The notes under the pieces were generated by a model that saw only the letters and a program-made list of their open reading frames with translations, had not been told where the DNA came from and did no database searches. A stretch of DNA of 64,000 bases from Dehalococcoidia bacterium (GTDB taxonomy: Bacteria; Chloroflexota; Dehalococcoidia; SM23-28-2; HRBIN24), in NCBI GenBank assembly GCA_025062275.1, contig JANXAP010000020.1:19882-83881 (forward strand), in the 5' to 3' direction. Positions 10,118 to 18,559 of this stretch are shown in pieces (position 1 is the stretch's first letter; each line of letters begins with the position of its first letter). The position numbers were made by a program, and so were the translations under genes.

Positions 10118-10597
10118 TCAGCCCTGTCCCCGCTCCCGGGCAGCCAGCTCCTGCACGATGCGCAGCGCCTCGCGGGCGTGCACCTCCATGTCCGTCTCGC
10201 TCTCGATGACGCCGCGGATGATGCCCTGCTTGTCGATGACATAGGTGACGCGGGAGGGCACCGGACGGTCATCGCGCCAGACACCGTAGTCACGGCAGGT
10301 CTGGTAACGGGGCCAGTCGCTCAGGAGGGGGTAGGGCAGGCCCAGCTCGCGGGCGAAGGCGCCCTGGCTCGGGAAGGGGTCTACACTCACGCCCAGGACC
10401 TGGGCGTCGGCCTCCGCGAACTCTCGGGCGAGGTCGCGGAAGCAGCACAGCTCCCGCGTTCAGCCGGGGGTGAAGGCCAGCAGGTAGAAGGCCAGCACCA
10501 CATGCTTCTTGCCCTGGAAGTCGGACAGGCGCACCTGCTGGCGCTGGGGGTCGGTGAGGACGAACTCCGGCGCCGGGTCTCCCACCTGAAGGGGCAT
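10118..10597 (-). CDS. AhpE-like 1-Cys peroxiredoxin with in-frame TGA (probable selenocysteine) at the peroxidatic position
   Basis: Two adjacent same-frame track ORFs (10460-10678 and 10118-10390) join through the TGA at 10460-10462; the joined protein ...VVLAFYLLAFTPG-U-TRELCCFRD... aligns with the AhpE motif FFPLAFTGICQGE; RBS GAAAGGAGAGG before the ATG at 10595-10597. Confidence 0.75.
10433..10459 (-). promoter_or_regulatory. candidate SECIS hairpin immediately 3' of the UGA
   Basis: mRNA UGA-A-CGCGGGAGC-UGUGCU-GCUUCCGCG forms a 9-bp stem (one G-U) with a 6-nt GU-containing loop starting 1 nt after the UGA. Confidence 0.35.
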
Positions 10598-10613
10598 GCC
10601 TCTCCTTTCGGGC

Positions 10614-11165
10614 CTAGTGGTGGCCCACCAGCGACTCCGATTCCGCTTCAGCCCGAGGCCGATGGGGCTCGTAGCCAATGCTGCGTCGTATCAGGGTCAG
10701 CACCAGCGCGACGGCCGCCGCCCCCGCCACCGAGGCCGTGGTCAGGAGGGCCAGGCGCAGCACGTCAGGGGGCGACGGCGGGGCCACGGTGAAGGTGAGG
10801 GAACCGCTCAGGGACTGGCCGCCCTGCTCCTGCCTCACCATCCAGAAGAGGGTGTAGGAGCCGGTGGCTTCCTGGGGCCAGGAGGGACGGACGTCCAGGC
10901 AGGTGCCGTCCTCGCTGGGCGAGGCCGAAAGGGGCACGGTGCCTCCCCCCGCTCGGGCCAGGCTCAAGGTATAGTCGCCGCCCCCCGAGCGGGCGATGGG
11001 CTCGTTGAAGCACAGGCGCACCGTCTGGGGCGGTCGGCCCAGACGGGCGTTCTGCTTGGGGGTGCTCTCCGTCAGCCGGGGCTGGGCGAAGGCTGGAACG
11101 GCGGTGGCCAGCGAGAGGGCCACAGCAGCCACCAGAAGGGAGATCAGCCTAGCGGGCCGAATCAT
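10614..11165 (-). CDS. copC: CopC-domain copper-resistance protein with C-terminal TM segment
   Basis: Signal peptide, CopC beta-sandwich region (TLSLARAGGGTVPL...TGSYTLFWMV), C-terminal hydrophobic helix and GHH tail; real start is Met160 of the track ORF. Confidence 0.7.
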   Translation of the reverse strand: MIRPARLISLLVAAVALSLATAVPAFAQPRLTESTPKQNARLGRPPQTVRLCFNEPIARSGGGDYTLSLARAGGGTVPLSASPSEDGTCLDVRPSWPQEATGSYTLFWMVRQEQGGQSLSGSLTFTVAPPSPPDVLRLALLTTASVAGAAAVALVLTLIRRSIGYEPHRPRAEAESESLVGHH

Positions 11166-11303
11166 CTCTCGCCTCCGAAGGCAGCATTCTAGCACAGACG
11201 CCCCTTTGGCGATAGCCTTCCTCTGGCCAGCGGCAGATGTTAATATGATTGCCGAAGTAAGAGGCGCCCGCAGGCGCAGCGCCCGCGGGCGTCTGTGCGA
11301 AGG

Positions 11304-12482
11304 ATGCAGGTGAAGCCCAGGGTGTCTTCCCTCACGGAAGGGCACATCGGTGGCCCTCCCCCCCTGCGTTACCGACGGCTGGTAGCGAAGCTGGGCACCA
11401 ACGTCCTCACCGCCGGCGGCGACCGCCTCGACCTGGAGGTGATGGCGGCCCTGGTGGGCCAGGTGGCCCGGCTGCAGCGCATGGGCGCCCGGGTCATCAT
11501 CGTCAGCTCGGGGGCCATCGCCGCTGGCCGCCACCGCCTGGGATTGGGAAGGGAGCGGCGTGACATCCCCCAACGCCAGGTGCTGGCAGCCGTGGGCCAG
11601 ACGGACCTGATGAACGCCTACCAGCAGCTCTTCGCCTGGCACGACATCACCGTGGCCCAGACCCTCCTGACCCGCCGTGACCTGGCCGACCGCCAGGGAT
11701 ATCTGAACGCCCGCAACACCCTCCTGGCGTTGCTGGAGTTGGGGGTGGTGCCCATAGTCAACGAGAACGATGTGGTGGCGGTGGAGGAGATCGAAGGGGC
11801 CACCATCGGCGACAACGACAACCTGTCAGCCCTGGTGGCCAACCTGGTGGAGGCCGACCTGCTGGTGCTGCTGACCGATACCGATGGCCTTTACACCGCT
11901 GACCCCTATCTGTACCCCGACGCCCGCCCTTTGCGGCGGGTGGAGCGCATCGACGAGCAGGTCGAGAGGCTCGCGCAGGACTCCCATGGCCAGGGTCGCG
12001 GCGGCATGATAACCAAGCTCCAGGCGGCCCGATTGGCCACCGCCTCCGGCACCGACGTGGTCATAGCCCACGGTCGGGAGCGAGACGTGCTGGTGCGACT
12101 GGCCACGGGAGAGGAGCTGGGCACCCTCTTCCCGGCCTCGGTCGACCGCCTGGAGGGGCGCAAGCGCTGGCTGTTGGCCGGCCTCTCGCTCCGTGGTAGC
12201 ATCGTGGTGGACGAGGGGGCGGCCCGGGCCCTGCGCAGCGGCCGCGCCAGCCTCCTGCCCGCCGGCGTGAAAGCTGTCCAGGGCCAGTTCCAGCGCGGTG
12301 ACGTGGTGGCTGTCCTGGACGAGAGGGGACGACGTATAGCCTGCGGCATCGCCAACTACGGTGCCCGCGAAGTGGAGGCCATCCGCGGCATACGCTCGGA
12401 CCACATCGAGGAGGTGCTGGGCTACGCCTACGGGCAGGAGATCGTGCACCGCGACAACCTCGTCCTGCTGAAAGAGGAGTGA
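11304..12482 (+). CDS. proB: glutamate 5-kinase (with PUA domain)
   Basis: VAKLGTNVLT...IIVSSGAIAAG amino-acid-kinase motifs and C-terminal PUA domain; start ambiguous among GTG 11295, ATG 11304 and GTG 11310. Confidence 0.85.
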   Translation: MQVKPRVSSLTEGHIGGPPPLRYRRLVAKLGTNVLTAGGDRLDLEVMAALVGQVARLQRMGARVIIVSSGAIAAGRHRLGLGRERRDIPQRQVLAAVGQTDLMNAYQQLFAWHDITVAQTLLTRRDLADRQGYLNARNTLLALLELGVVPIVNENDVVAVEEIEGATIGDNDNLSALVANLVEADLLVLLTDTDGLYTADPYLYPDARPLRRVERIDEQVERLAQDSHGQGRGGMITKLQAARLATASGTDVVIAHGRERDVLVRLATGEELGTLFPASVDRLEGRKRWLLAGLSLRGSIVVDEGAARALRSGRASLLPAGVKAVQGQFQRGDVVAVLDERGRRIACGIANYGAREVEAIRGIRSDHIEEVLGYAYGQEIVHRDNLVLLKEE

Positions 12483-12544
12483 TGGTCCCGGAAGGCAAGG
12501 CCGCACTCGGGACCCCAGCGTCCAAGGGAGCCTAGGGAGGAGAC

Positions 12545-12640
12545 ATGGGCTCGGTGCTCAAGTGGCGTCGCCGCAAGATCCGACGCCACAAGTACAAGAA
12601 GCTGAGAAAGAAGACCCGCTGGCAGCGCCGACACAAGTAG
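12545..12640 (+). CDS. bS22-like (AURKAIP1/COX24-family) micro ribosomal protein, 31 aa
   Basis: MGSVLKWRRRKIRRHKYKKLRKKTRWQRRHK resembles the actinobacterial MGSVIKKRRKRM...RRK small-subunit micro-protein; GGGAGGAG RBS 5 nt upstream; too short for the ORF track. Confidence 0.55.
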   Translation: MGSVLKWRRRKIRRHKYKKLRKKTRWQRRHK

Positions 12641-12671
12641 GGGCGCCAGAACCGGAAGGAGGCGCTGATAC

Positions 12672-12962
12672 ATGATGCGCCGCCTGTTCCCCATGGGGCC
12701 GCCCCGCTGGCCCCTGGGCAGGGCCCGGGACAGCAAGGGCCTGCTGGTGGTGGCAGGCGCCCCCACCCGCGAGGAGGCGGAGCGCTGCCAGGAGACCCTC
12801 CGTCGCCAGGGCATCCCGGCCCAGTTGAGGCGCGGACGCTCCGGCTTCGAGGTCTGGGTCCCCGCCGAGCGGGAGAGCGAGGCCCGTCTGCTTCTGGGCC
12901 TCTCGGGTCGTAGCTGCATCCGCGTGCCCAGGCCCAGGCCCAGCGGCAGCAGGACTGCCTAA
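12672..12962 (+). CDS. hypothetical protein (96 aa)
   Basis: Strong RBS GGAAGGAGG 7 nt before the ATG; no recognisable domain. Confidence 0.45.
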   Translation: MMRRLFPMGPPRWPLGRARDSKGLLVVAGAPTREEAERCQETLRRQGIPAQLRRGRSGFEVWVPAERESEARLLLGLSGRSCIRVPRPRPSGSRTA

Positions 12963-13023
12963 GCCTGCCGACCTTTTGCCCTGCTGAGGGATATACTGAG
13001 AGCTGAGGCACCGGAGGCATCCC

Positions 13024-14304
13024 GTGACCGCCACAGTCCAAGAGCTGGAGGCCATGGGCCGGGCGGCCCGTCAGGCGGCCAAGGCCCTGGCCCGGATCCC
13101 GACAGCCATCAAGGACAGGGCCCTGGAAGGCATCGCCCGGGCACTGGAGGAGTCCCAGGAGGAGGTGCTGGCCGCCAACCGCCTCGACCTAGAGGAGGGG
13201 CGGCGCCTGGGCCTGTCCGAGGCCGTCCTGGACCGCCTGGCCCTTTCGTCCGACAAGCTGCGGGCCATCGCCGCCGATGTGCGCACCGTGGCCCGTCTCC
13301 CCGACCCGGTGGGCGAGGTCATCGAGATGCGCACCCTCCCCAACGGCATGCAGGTCGGCCGCAGGCGTGTGCCCCTGGGAGTCATCGCCGCCGTCTACGA
13401 GAGCCGTCCCAACGTGACGGTGGACATCGCCTCCCTCTGCCTGAAGGCAGGCAACGCCTGCATCCTGCGGGGCGGCAAGGAGGCCATCAACTCCAACCGC
13501 GCCCTGGCCCGCCTCATACGCGAGGCCATCGCCCAGGCGGGGGTGCCGGCCGAGGCTGTGCAGCTGGTGGAGAACACCGACCGCGCCCTGGTGGGACACC
13601 TGCTGAAGATGAGGGAATACATCGACCTCATGGTGCCCCGCGGCGGCGCTGAGCTGATCCGCTTCGTGGCCGAGAACGCCACCATGCCAGTGCTGGTGGG
13701 CGGTATCGGCGTGTGCCACACTTATGTCGACCGAGCGGCCGACCTGGAGAAAGCGCTGCGGGTGGTGGACAACGCCAAGACCCGCCGCTGGTCCATCTGC
13801 AACGCTCTGGACACCCTGCTGGTGCACCGGGAGATCGCTCCTGCCTTTCTGCCCCGTCTGGCCCGCGTCTGGGCGGAGAAGGGCATAGAGATGCGCTGCG
13901 ACCCCGAGGCCCTGGCCATTCTGGAGGGGCAGGAGATCGAAGGCCTGAAGCTGAGGTCGGCCAGCCCCGAGGACTTCGGCCATGAATTCCTGGCGCCCAT
14001 CGCCGCCGTGAAGGTGGTAGGCTCCCTGGACGAGGCCCTGGAACACATCGACCGCTATGGGACCGGCCACTCGGACGCCATCGTCACCGAGGACTACTCG
14101 GCAGCCATGCGCTTCCTGGACGAAGTGGACACGGCGGTGGTATACGTCAACGCTAGCACCCAGTTCACCGACGGGGCCCAGTTCGGGCTGGGGGCCGAGA
14201 TCATCGACTCCACCCAGAAGACCATCGCCCGCGGGCCGGTGGGTTTGCGGGAGATCACCACCTATAAATGGTTCGTCCTGGGCAACGGGCATGTGCGCCC
14301 CTAG
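13024..14304 (+). CDS. proA: gamma-glutamyl phosphate reductase
   Basis: Aldehyde-dehydrogenase-like ProA motifs with catalytic Cys (GVCHTY); GTG start with GGAGG RBS. Confidence 0.9.
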   Translation: MTATVQELEAMGRAARQAAKALARIPTAIKDRALEGIARALEESQEEVLAANRLDLEEGRRLGLSEAVLDRLALSSDKLRAIAADVRTVARLPDPVGEVIEMRTLPNGMQVGRRRVPLGVIAAVYESRPNVTVDIASLCLKAGNACILRGGKEAINSNRALARLIREAIAQAGVPAEAVQLVENTDRALVGHLLKMREYIDLMVPRGGAELIRFVAENATMPVLVGGIGVCHTYVDRAADLEKALRVVDNAKTRRWSICNALDTLLVHREIAPAFLPRLARVWAEKGIEMRCDPEALAILEGQEIEGLKLRSASPEDFGHEFLAPIAAVKVVGSLDEALEHIDRYGTGHSDAIVTEDYSAAMRFLDEVDTAVVYVNASTQFTDGAQFGLGAEIIDSTQKTIARGPVGLREITTYKWFVLGNGHVRP

Positions 14305-14326
14305 CCCGGGCAGAAGGAGGCAACTG

Positions 14327-14668
14327 ATGGGAGGTTTCCACTTCGAGCGCGAGTACCGCACCCCCTACTCCGAGTGCTACACCATCGAGCTGAACGAGGA
14401 CGAGGTGGGGCGAGTAGACCTCCACTACGGCACCGAGGTGGTCTACGCGACGCTGGTGGTGAGCGAGCGGCTGACCCAGGACGAGATCCGCCAGCTCATC
14501 GGCGAGATAGACGAACGCCTGGTGCTCACCTCCGACCCCCTGCGAGAGGACTTCGTGGTCACCGTCTGGGTGGGACGCGAGGAGGGCGTCTACTCCGACG
14601 AGGACCAGGAGGAAGAAGAGGACGAAGAAGACGAGGAGTTCGAGGGCAACGGCTATATGAAGGACTAG
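14327..14668 (+). CDS. hypothetical acidic protein (113 aa)
   Basis: ATG after GAAGGAGG RBS; highly acidic C-terminal tail (DEDQEEEEDEEDEEFEG); upstream part of the track ORF overlaps proA and is rejected. Confidence 0.55.
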   Translation: MGGFHFEREYRTPYSECYTIELNEDEVGRVDLHYGTEVVYATLVVSERLTQDEIRQLIGEIDERLVLTSDPLREDFVVTVWVGREEGVYSDEDQEEEEDEEDEEFEGNGYMKD

Positions 14669-15618
14669 CCGCCCCGCTTGCGAGCTAGCAGCCGCTGCGC
14701 CTCGCGGGCCAGCCGCTGCGGCGTCAACCCGAAGTGCTCCAGCAGCTCGTCCCAGCGCCCGCTGGTGCCGAAGGTCTCCATGCCCACGCAGGCCACCGGC
14801 ACCGGGCACTCCCGCGCCGTCACCTGGGCCACCAGGCTCCCCAGGCCGCCGTGGACGCTGTGGTCCTCGGCCGTCACGATGGCACCCGTCTCCCGCGCGG
14901 CCGCCACGATGGCCTCCTCGTCCAGGGGACGCAGGGTGGCCATGTTGAGGACCCGACAGCCGATGCCCTCCCGGGCTAGCAGGTCGGCTGCCTCCAGGGC
15001 AGCGGGTACCATTACGCCGATGGCGATGATGGTCACATCGCCGCCGTCGCGCAGGCGGTGGGCCCTGCCCAGCTGGAAGCGGTAGGAGTCATCGTAGATG
15101 ACGGGCACCTTGGGCCGCACCATGCGGATGTAAAAGGGGCCGTATCGCCGGGCTGCCTCCTCGATGGCCTGGGCGCACTCTACCACGTCGGCGGGGACGA
15201 TGACGCGGAAGGTGGGCAGGGCCAGCATCAGAGCCAGGTCCTCCAGCGACTGGGCCGAGGCCCCGTCCTCCCCGGTGACGATGCCCCCATGGGAGGCAGC
15301 GATCTTGACGTTCAGGTTGGGCTGGGCCACTGCCATACGCACCTGGTCGTAGCAGTGGCCAGGGATGAAGACGGCGAAGGAGCTCACGAAGGCTATCTTG
15401 CCGGCCGCGGCCAGCCCGGCAGCGACGCCCACAGCGTTCTGCTCCGCCACCCCCATGGTGAAGAAGCGGTCGGGGAACTCGCGTCCGAACTGGGCAGCGG
15501 TGGTGGAGACGCCCAGGTCGGCGTCCACCACCACGATGTCCAGCCCCTCCCGGGCCAGCCTGACCAGGGTAGGCCCCAGCGCCTCGCGGGTAGCTGCCGC
15601 CTTCGCCGCCTGAACCAT
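14665..15618 (-). CDS. transketolase, C-terminal (pyrimidine-binding) subunit
   Basis: Transketolase Pyr and C-terminal domain motifs (FFTMGVAEQNAVGVAAGLA); split-type transketolase. Confidence 0.9.
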   Translation of the reverse strand: MVQAAKAAATREALGPTLVRLAREGLDIVVVDADLGVSTTAAQFGREFPDRFFTMGVAEQNAVGVAAGLAAAGKIAFVSSFAVFIPGHCYDQVRMAVAQPNLNVKIAASHGGIVTGEDGASAQSLEDLALMLALPTFRVIVPADVVECAQAIEEAARRYGPFYIRMVRPKVPVIYDDSYRFQLGRAHRLRDGGDVTIIAIGVMVPAALEAADLLAREGIGCRVLNMATLRPLDEEAIVAAARETGAIVTAEDHSVHGGLGSLVAQVTARECPVPVACVGMETFGTSGRWDELLEHFGLTPQRLAREAQRLLARKRGG

Positions 15619-15621
15619 GGC

Positions 15622-16560
15622 CTACGCCCCCAGCTCCTGAAGGGCCTGCTCCGCCTGCTCGGGCGTGGGGGCCTTGCCGTGGAAGGCCGGGTTGTGCTCC
15701 ATGAAGCTCACGCCCCGTCCCTTCACCGTGTGGCAGATGACCACCGTCGGCCTGCCCCGCATCCCCCGCGCCTCCTCCAGGGCAGCGACGAGCTGCTGCA
15801 GGTCATGGCCGTCGCACTCCAGCACCTGCCAGCCGAAGGCGCGCCACTTGTCCGCGAAGGGCTCCAGGGACATGATGTTGACCGTGTAGCCGTCCGGGCC
15901 GACCCAGCCGCCGGGGCGGCCGCGGCTGTCCCCGCCGCGGTAGTGAGTGTAGTCGGAGAAGCCGTCGTTCTGGATGCGGTTGTAATCGACGATGGCCGTG
16001 AGGTTGTCCAGTCGGTGGTGCGCTGCGGCCATGGCCGCCTCCCAGGTCTGCCCCTCATTGCAGTCGCCATCGGACAGCAGGCAGTAGACCCGCCAGTCGG
16101 CACCGTCCAGACGGGCTGCCAGGGCCAGACCCACGCTGAAGGAGAGGCCCATGCCGAGCGCTCCGGCCGACATCTCCACCCCCGGCGGGCATCCCATCAC
16201 CGTGTGCCCTTGCAGACGGCTCCCCAGCCGACGGAAGGTCATCAGCTCGTCTGTGGGGAAGTACCCCGCCTCGGCCAGCACGGCGTAGTAGGCAGGAGTG
16301 GCATGCCCCTTGCTCAGGACGAAACGATCGCGCTGGGGCCAATACGGGTTCTTGGGGTCGTGGCGCAGCACATGGAAATACAGGGACACCAGTATCTCGA
16401 CGCAGGAGAGAGAGCCGCCAGGATGCCCGGAGCCGGCGGCAGCGGTCATGCGCACGATATGCTGACGCACACGCCGCGCCACCGACTGCAGTTGGGCCAA
16501 ACGATCTGCGGTGAGCGATGCCAATGCCGTCGAGGGCGTCCCCTTCCCTGGCAACGACAA
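15622..16560 (-). CDS. transketolase, N-terminal (TPP-binding) subunit
   Basis: GSGHPGGSLS and GDG...NEG TPP-binding motifs; TTG start assumed. Confidence 0.9.
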   Translation of the reverse strand: MSLPGKGTPSTALASLTADRLAQLQSVARRVRQHIVRMTAAAGSGHPGGSLSCVEILVSLYFHVLRHDPKNPYWPQRDRFVLSKGHATPAYYAVLAEAGYFPTDELMTFRRLGSRLQGHTVMGCPPGVEMSAGALGMGLSFSVGLALAARLDGADWRVYCLLSDGDCNEGQTWEAAMAAAHHRLDNLTAIVDYNRIQNDGFSDYTHYRGGDSRGRPGGWVGPDGYTVNIMSLEPFADKWRAFGWQVLECDGHDLQQLVAALEEARGMRGRPTVVICHTVKGRGVSFMEHNPAFHGKAPTPEQAEQALQELGA

Positions 16561-16642
16561 TTATAGGGCCTCCCGGAGCGAGCGACAACGCACCCTGCGG
16601 TCCCCTGGCCTGGCCTTCGCCCTGTCGTTAAACTGCCTCGTG

Positions 16643-17455
16643 ATGGTCATCGACTTCCACACTCATGTCTTTCCGCCCTGGGCCATCCAGGGGCGGGAGG
16701 AGCTTTTGCGGACTGACCCCACCTTCGCCCAGCTGTACGGCAACCCCAGGTCGCGCATGGCCACTGCCCCCGACCTTCTGGCCAGCATGGAGAGGGCCGG
16801 GGTGGAGGCGAGCGTGGTGCTGGGCTTCGCCTGGCGCGACCAGGAGCTGTGCCGTCGCCATAACGATTACCTGCTGGAGTGGGCGACCAGGAGCCGGGGG
16901 CGGCTGGTTCCCTTCTGCACCGTCAACCCGTCCGCCGCCGGCGCCTGGCAGGAGGTGGAGCGCTGCGCCGCCGCCGGCGCGAGAGGGCTGGGAGAGCTGC
17001 GCCCCGACGACCAGGGCTGGGAGCTTGCGGGGGCAACGGGGAAGGAGCTGGCGGAGGCAGCCCGACACCTCCAGCTCATTCTCCTGTTCCATGTCAGCGA
17101 ACCGGTGGGGCACCGCTACCCCGGCAAGGAGGGGCTGTCGCTGACGGACTTCTATCGCTTCGCCGTCGATAACCCCGACCTGACGGTTGTAGGAGCGCAC
17201 CTGGGGGGAGGGCTGCCTTTCTTCGCCCCTATGCCGGAGGTGGCGGAGGTGTGCCGTCGCCTCTACTTCGATACCGCCGCCGTCCCCCTGCTCTACACGA
17301 CGGCCGCCTACGACCTGGTGGACCATGACCGGCTGCTGTTCGGCAGCGACTATCCGCTCCTGGGCCAGGGGCGGGCCCTGTCATCCCTGCCCGACCGAGC
17401 CCTGGCCCATCGCTGGTCGGAGAACGCCGCACGGTTGCTGGGCTGTGGCCAATAG
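16643..17455 (+). CDS. amidohydrolase-2 family metal-dependent hydrolase (TIM barrel)
   Basis: MVIDFHTHVFPP N-terminus and HxH...H...D pattern; start is Met45 of the track ORF. Confidence 0.75.
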   Translation: MVIDFHTHVFPPWAIQGREELLRTDPTFAQLYGNPRSRMATAPDLLASMERAGVEASVVLGFAWRDQELCRRHNDYLLEWATRSRGRLVPFCTVNPSAAGAWQEVERCAAAGARGLGELRPDDQGWELAGATGKELAEAARHLQLILLFHVSEPVGHRYPGKEGLSLTDFYRFAVDNPDLTVVGAHLGGGLPFFAPMPEVAEVCRRLYFDTAAVPLLYTTAAYDLVDHDRLLFGSDYPLLGQGRALSSLPDRALAHRWSENAARLLGCGQ

Positions 17456-18032
17456 AGAGACTTCCTGGCGCCTGTTCGTGGCCCTGGAGCTGCCGCCGCC
17501 GGTGCTGGAGGCCCTGGCCTCGGTGCAGGCGGCCCTCAAGGCCCAGGGGTTGGAAGGCCTGCGCTGGGTGCGTCCCCAGGGCATCCATCTGACGCTCAAG
17601 TTCCTGGGCGAGACGCCTACCTCGCGCCTGGACGAGCTAATGAGGGCCCTGGAGGAGGCCACGGCCGGCACGGGGCCGCTGCGACTGGCCCTTTCGGGTC
17701 TCGGGACCTTCGGTGGGCGCCGTGGCCCCCGTGTACTATGGGTAGGCCTCGAGGGCGACCTGCAGCGACTGGCCGGCCTCCAGCGACGAGTGGAGGAGGC
17801 CATGGCCCGCCTGCGCTTTCCCTGGGAGCAGCGCCCTTTCAGCCCTCACCTGACCCTGGCGCGAGTGCCGGAGCAGGACTCGGCCAGGGTGGCCGCATCC
17901 TTGGAGAGGGCGACCAGGGAGGTGAGGGTGCCGCCGATTACAATGTCCCTGTCGGAGGTTAGCCTCATGCGCAGCCACCTCCAGCCCTCGGGTGCCATCT
18001 ATGAGAGGGTGGCGTCGTTCCCCCTCCAGTAG
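17445..18032 (+). CDS. thpR: RNA 2',3'-cyclic phosphodiesterase (2H family)
   Basis: Two HxTL motifs (HLTLKF, HLTLARV); GTG start inferred and overlaps the amidohydrolase end; conserved N-terminus begins WRLFVAL. Confidence 0.7.
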   Translation: MANRETSWRLFVALELPPPVLEALASVQAALKAQGLEGLRWVRPQGIHLTLKFLGETPTSRLDELMRALEEATAGTGPLRLALSGLGTFGGRRGPRVLWVGLEGDLQRLAGLQRRVEEAMARLRFPWEQRPFSPHLTLARVPEQDSARVAASLERATREVRVPPITMSLSEVSLMRSHLQPSGAIYERVASFPLQ

Positions 18033-18042
18033 GCAGGGGACG

Positions 18043-18552
18043 GTGCGGCAGGAGACGCGCCCTTCCCTGGCATCCTTGCTGCGGCGCCACCTCACGCCGC
18101 GAGTGGTGGCGGCCCTGACCATCTGGCGGCTGGAGGCATGGCTGGCCGCTCCCCTCCCCTTCCTGCTGGTGGCAGCCCTGGGCCGCTGGCCGGGCGCCCT
18201 GACCATGGCGGCCTTCACGGGCCTGCTCTGCGCCCTCTTCCTTTACCTGCTGGACGGGGAAGAGGCGCTGGAAACGGTCCACCGCTGGGCGCTGCAGCGG
18301 GACTGGGCGCGGCCCCTGCTGGCAGGGCCGGAGCGGCCCTGGCTGGTATGGCTGCTGGCTGTCCCCCTGTGCCTCCTCTGGTTCGGCCCCTTCTGGCGGG
18401 CGGTGGTGCTCCTGCTGGTGCGGCTGGAGCGGCCCCTGGCCTACACCATCGGTGTAGCGGGGGCGCTGCCCCATTCGCTGCTGTGGACGGGGCTGGTGGT
18501 GGGGGGCGTGTGGGAGGGCCTCCTCTGGCCTCTGATGAAGGGGCTACTGTGA
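18043..18552 (+). CDS. hypothetical integral membrane protein
   Basis: Four or more hydrophobic helices; GTG start just after the thpR stop; no family recognised. Confidence 0.45.
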   Translation: MRQETRPSLASLLRRHLTPRVVAALTIWRLEAWLAAPLPFLLVAALGRWPGALTMAAFTGLLCALFLYLLDGEEALETVHRWALQRDWARPLLAGPERPWLVWLLAVPLCLLWFGPFWRAVVLLLVRLERPLAYTIGVAGALPHSLLWTGLVVGGVWEGLLWPLMKGLL

Positions 18553-18559
18553 GGCCACC

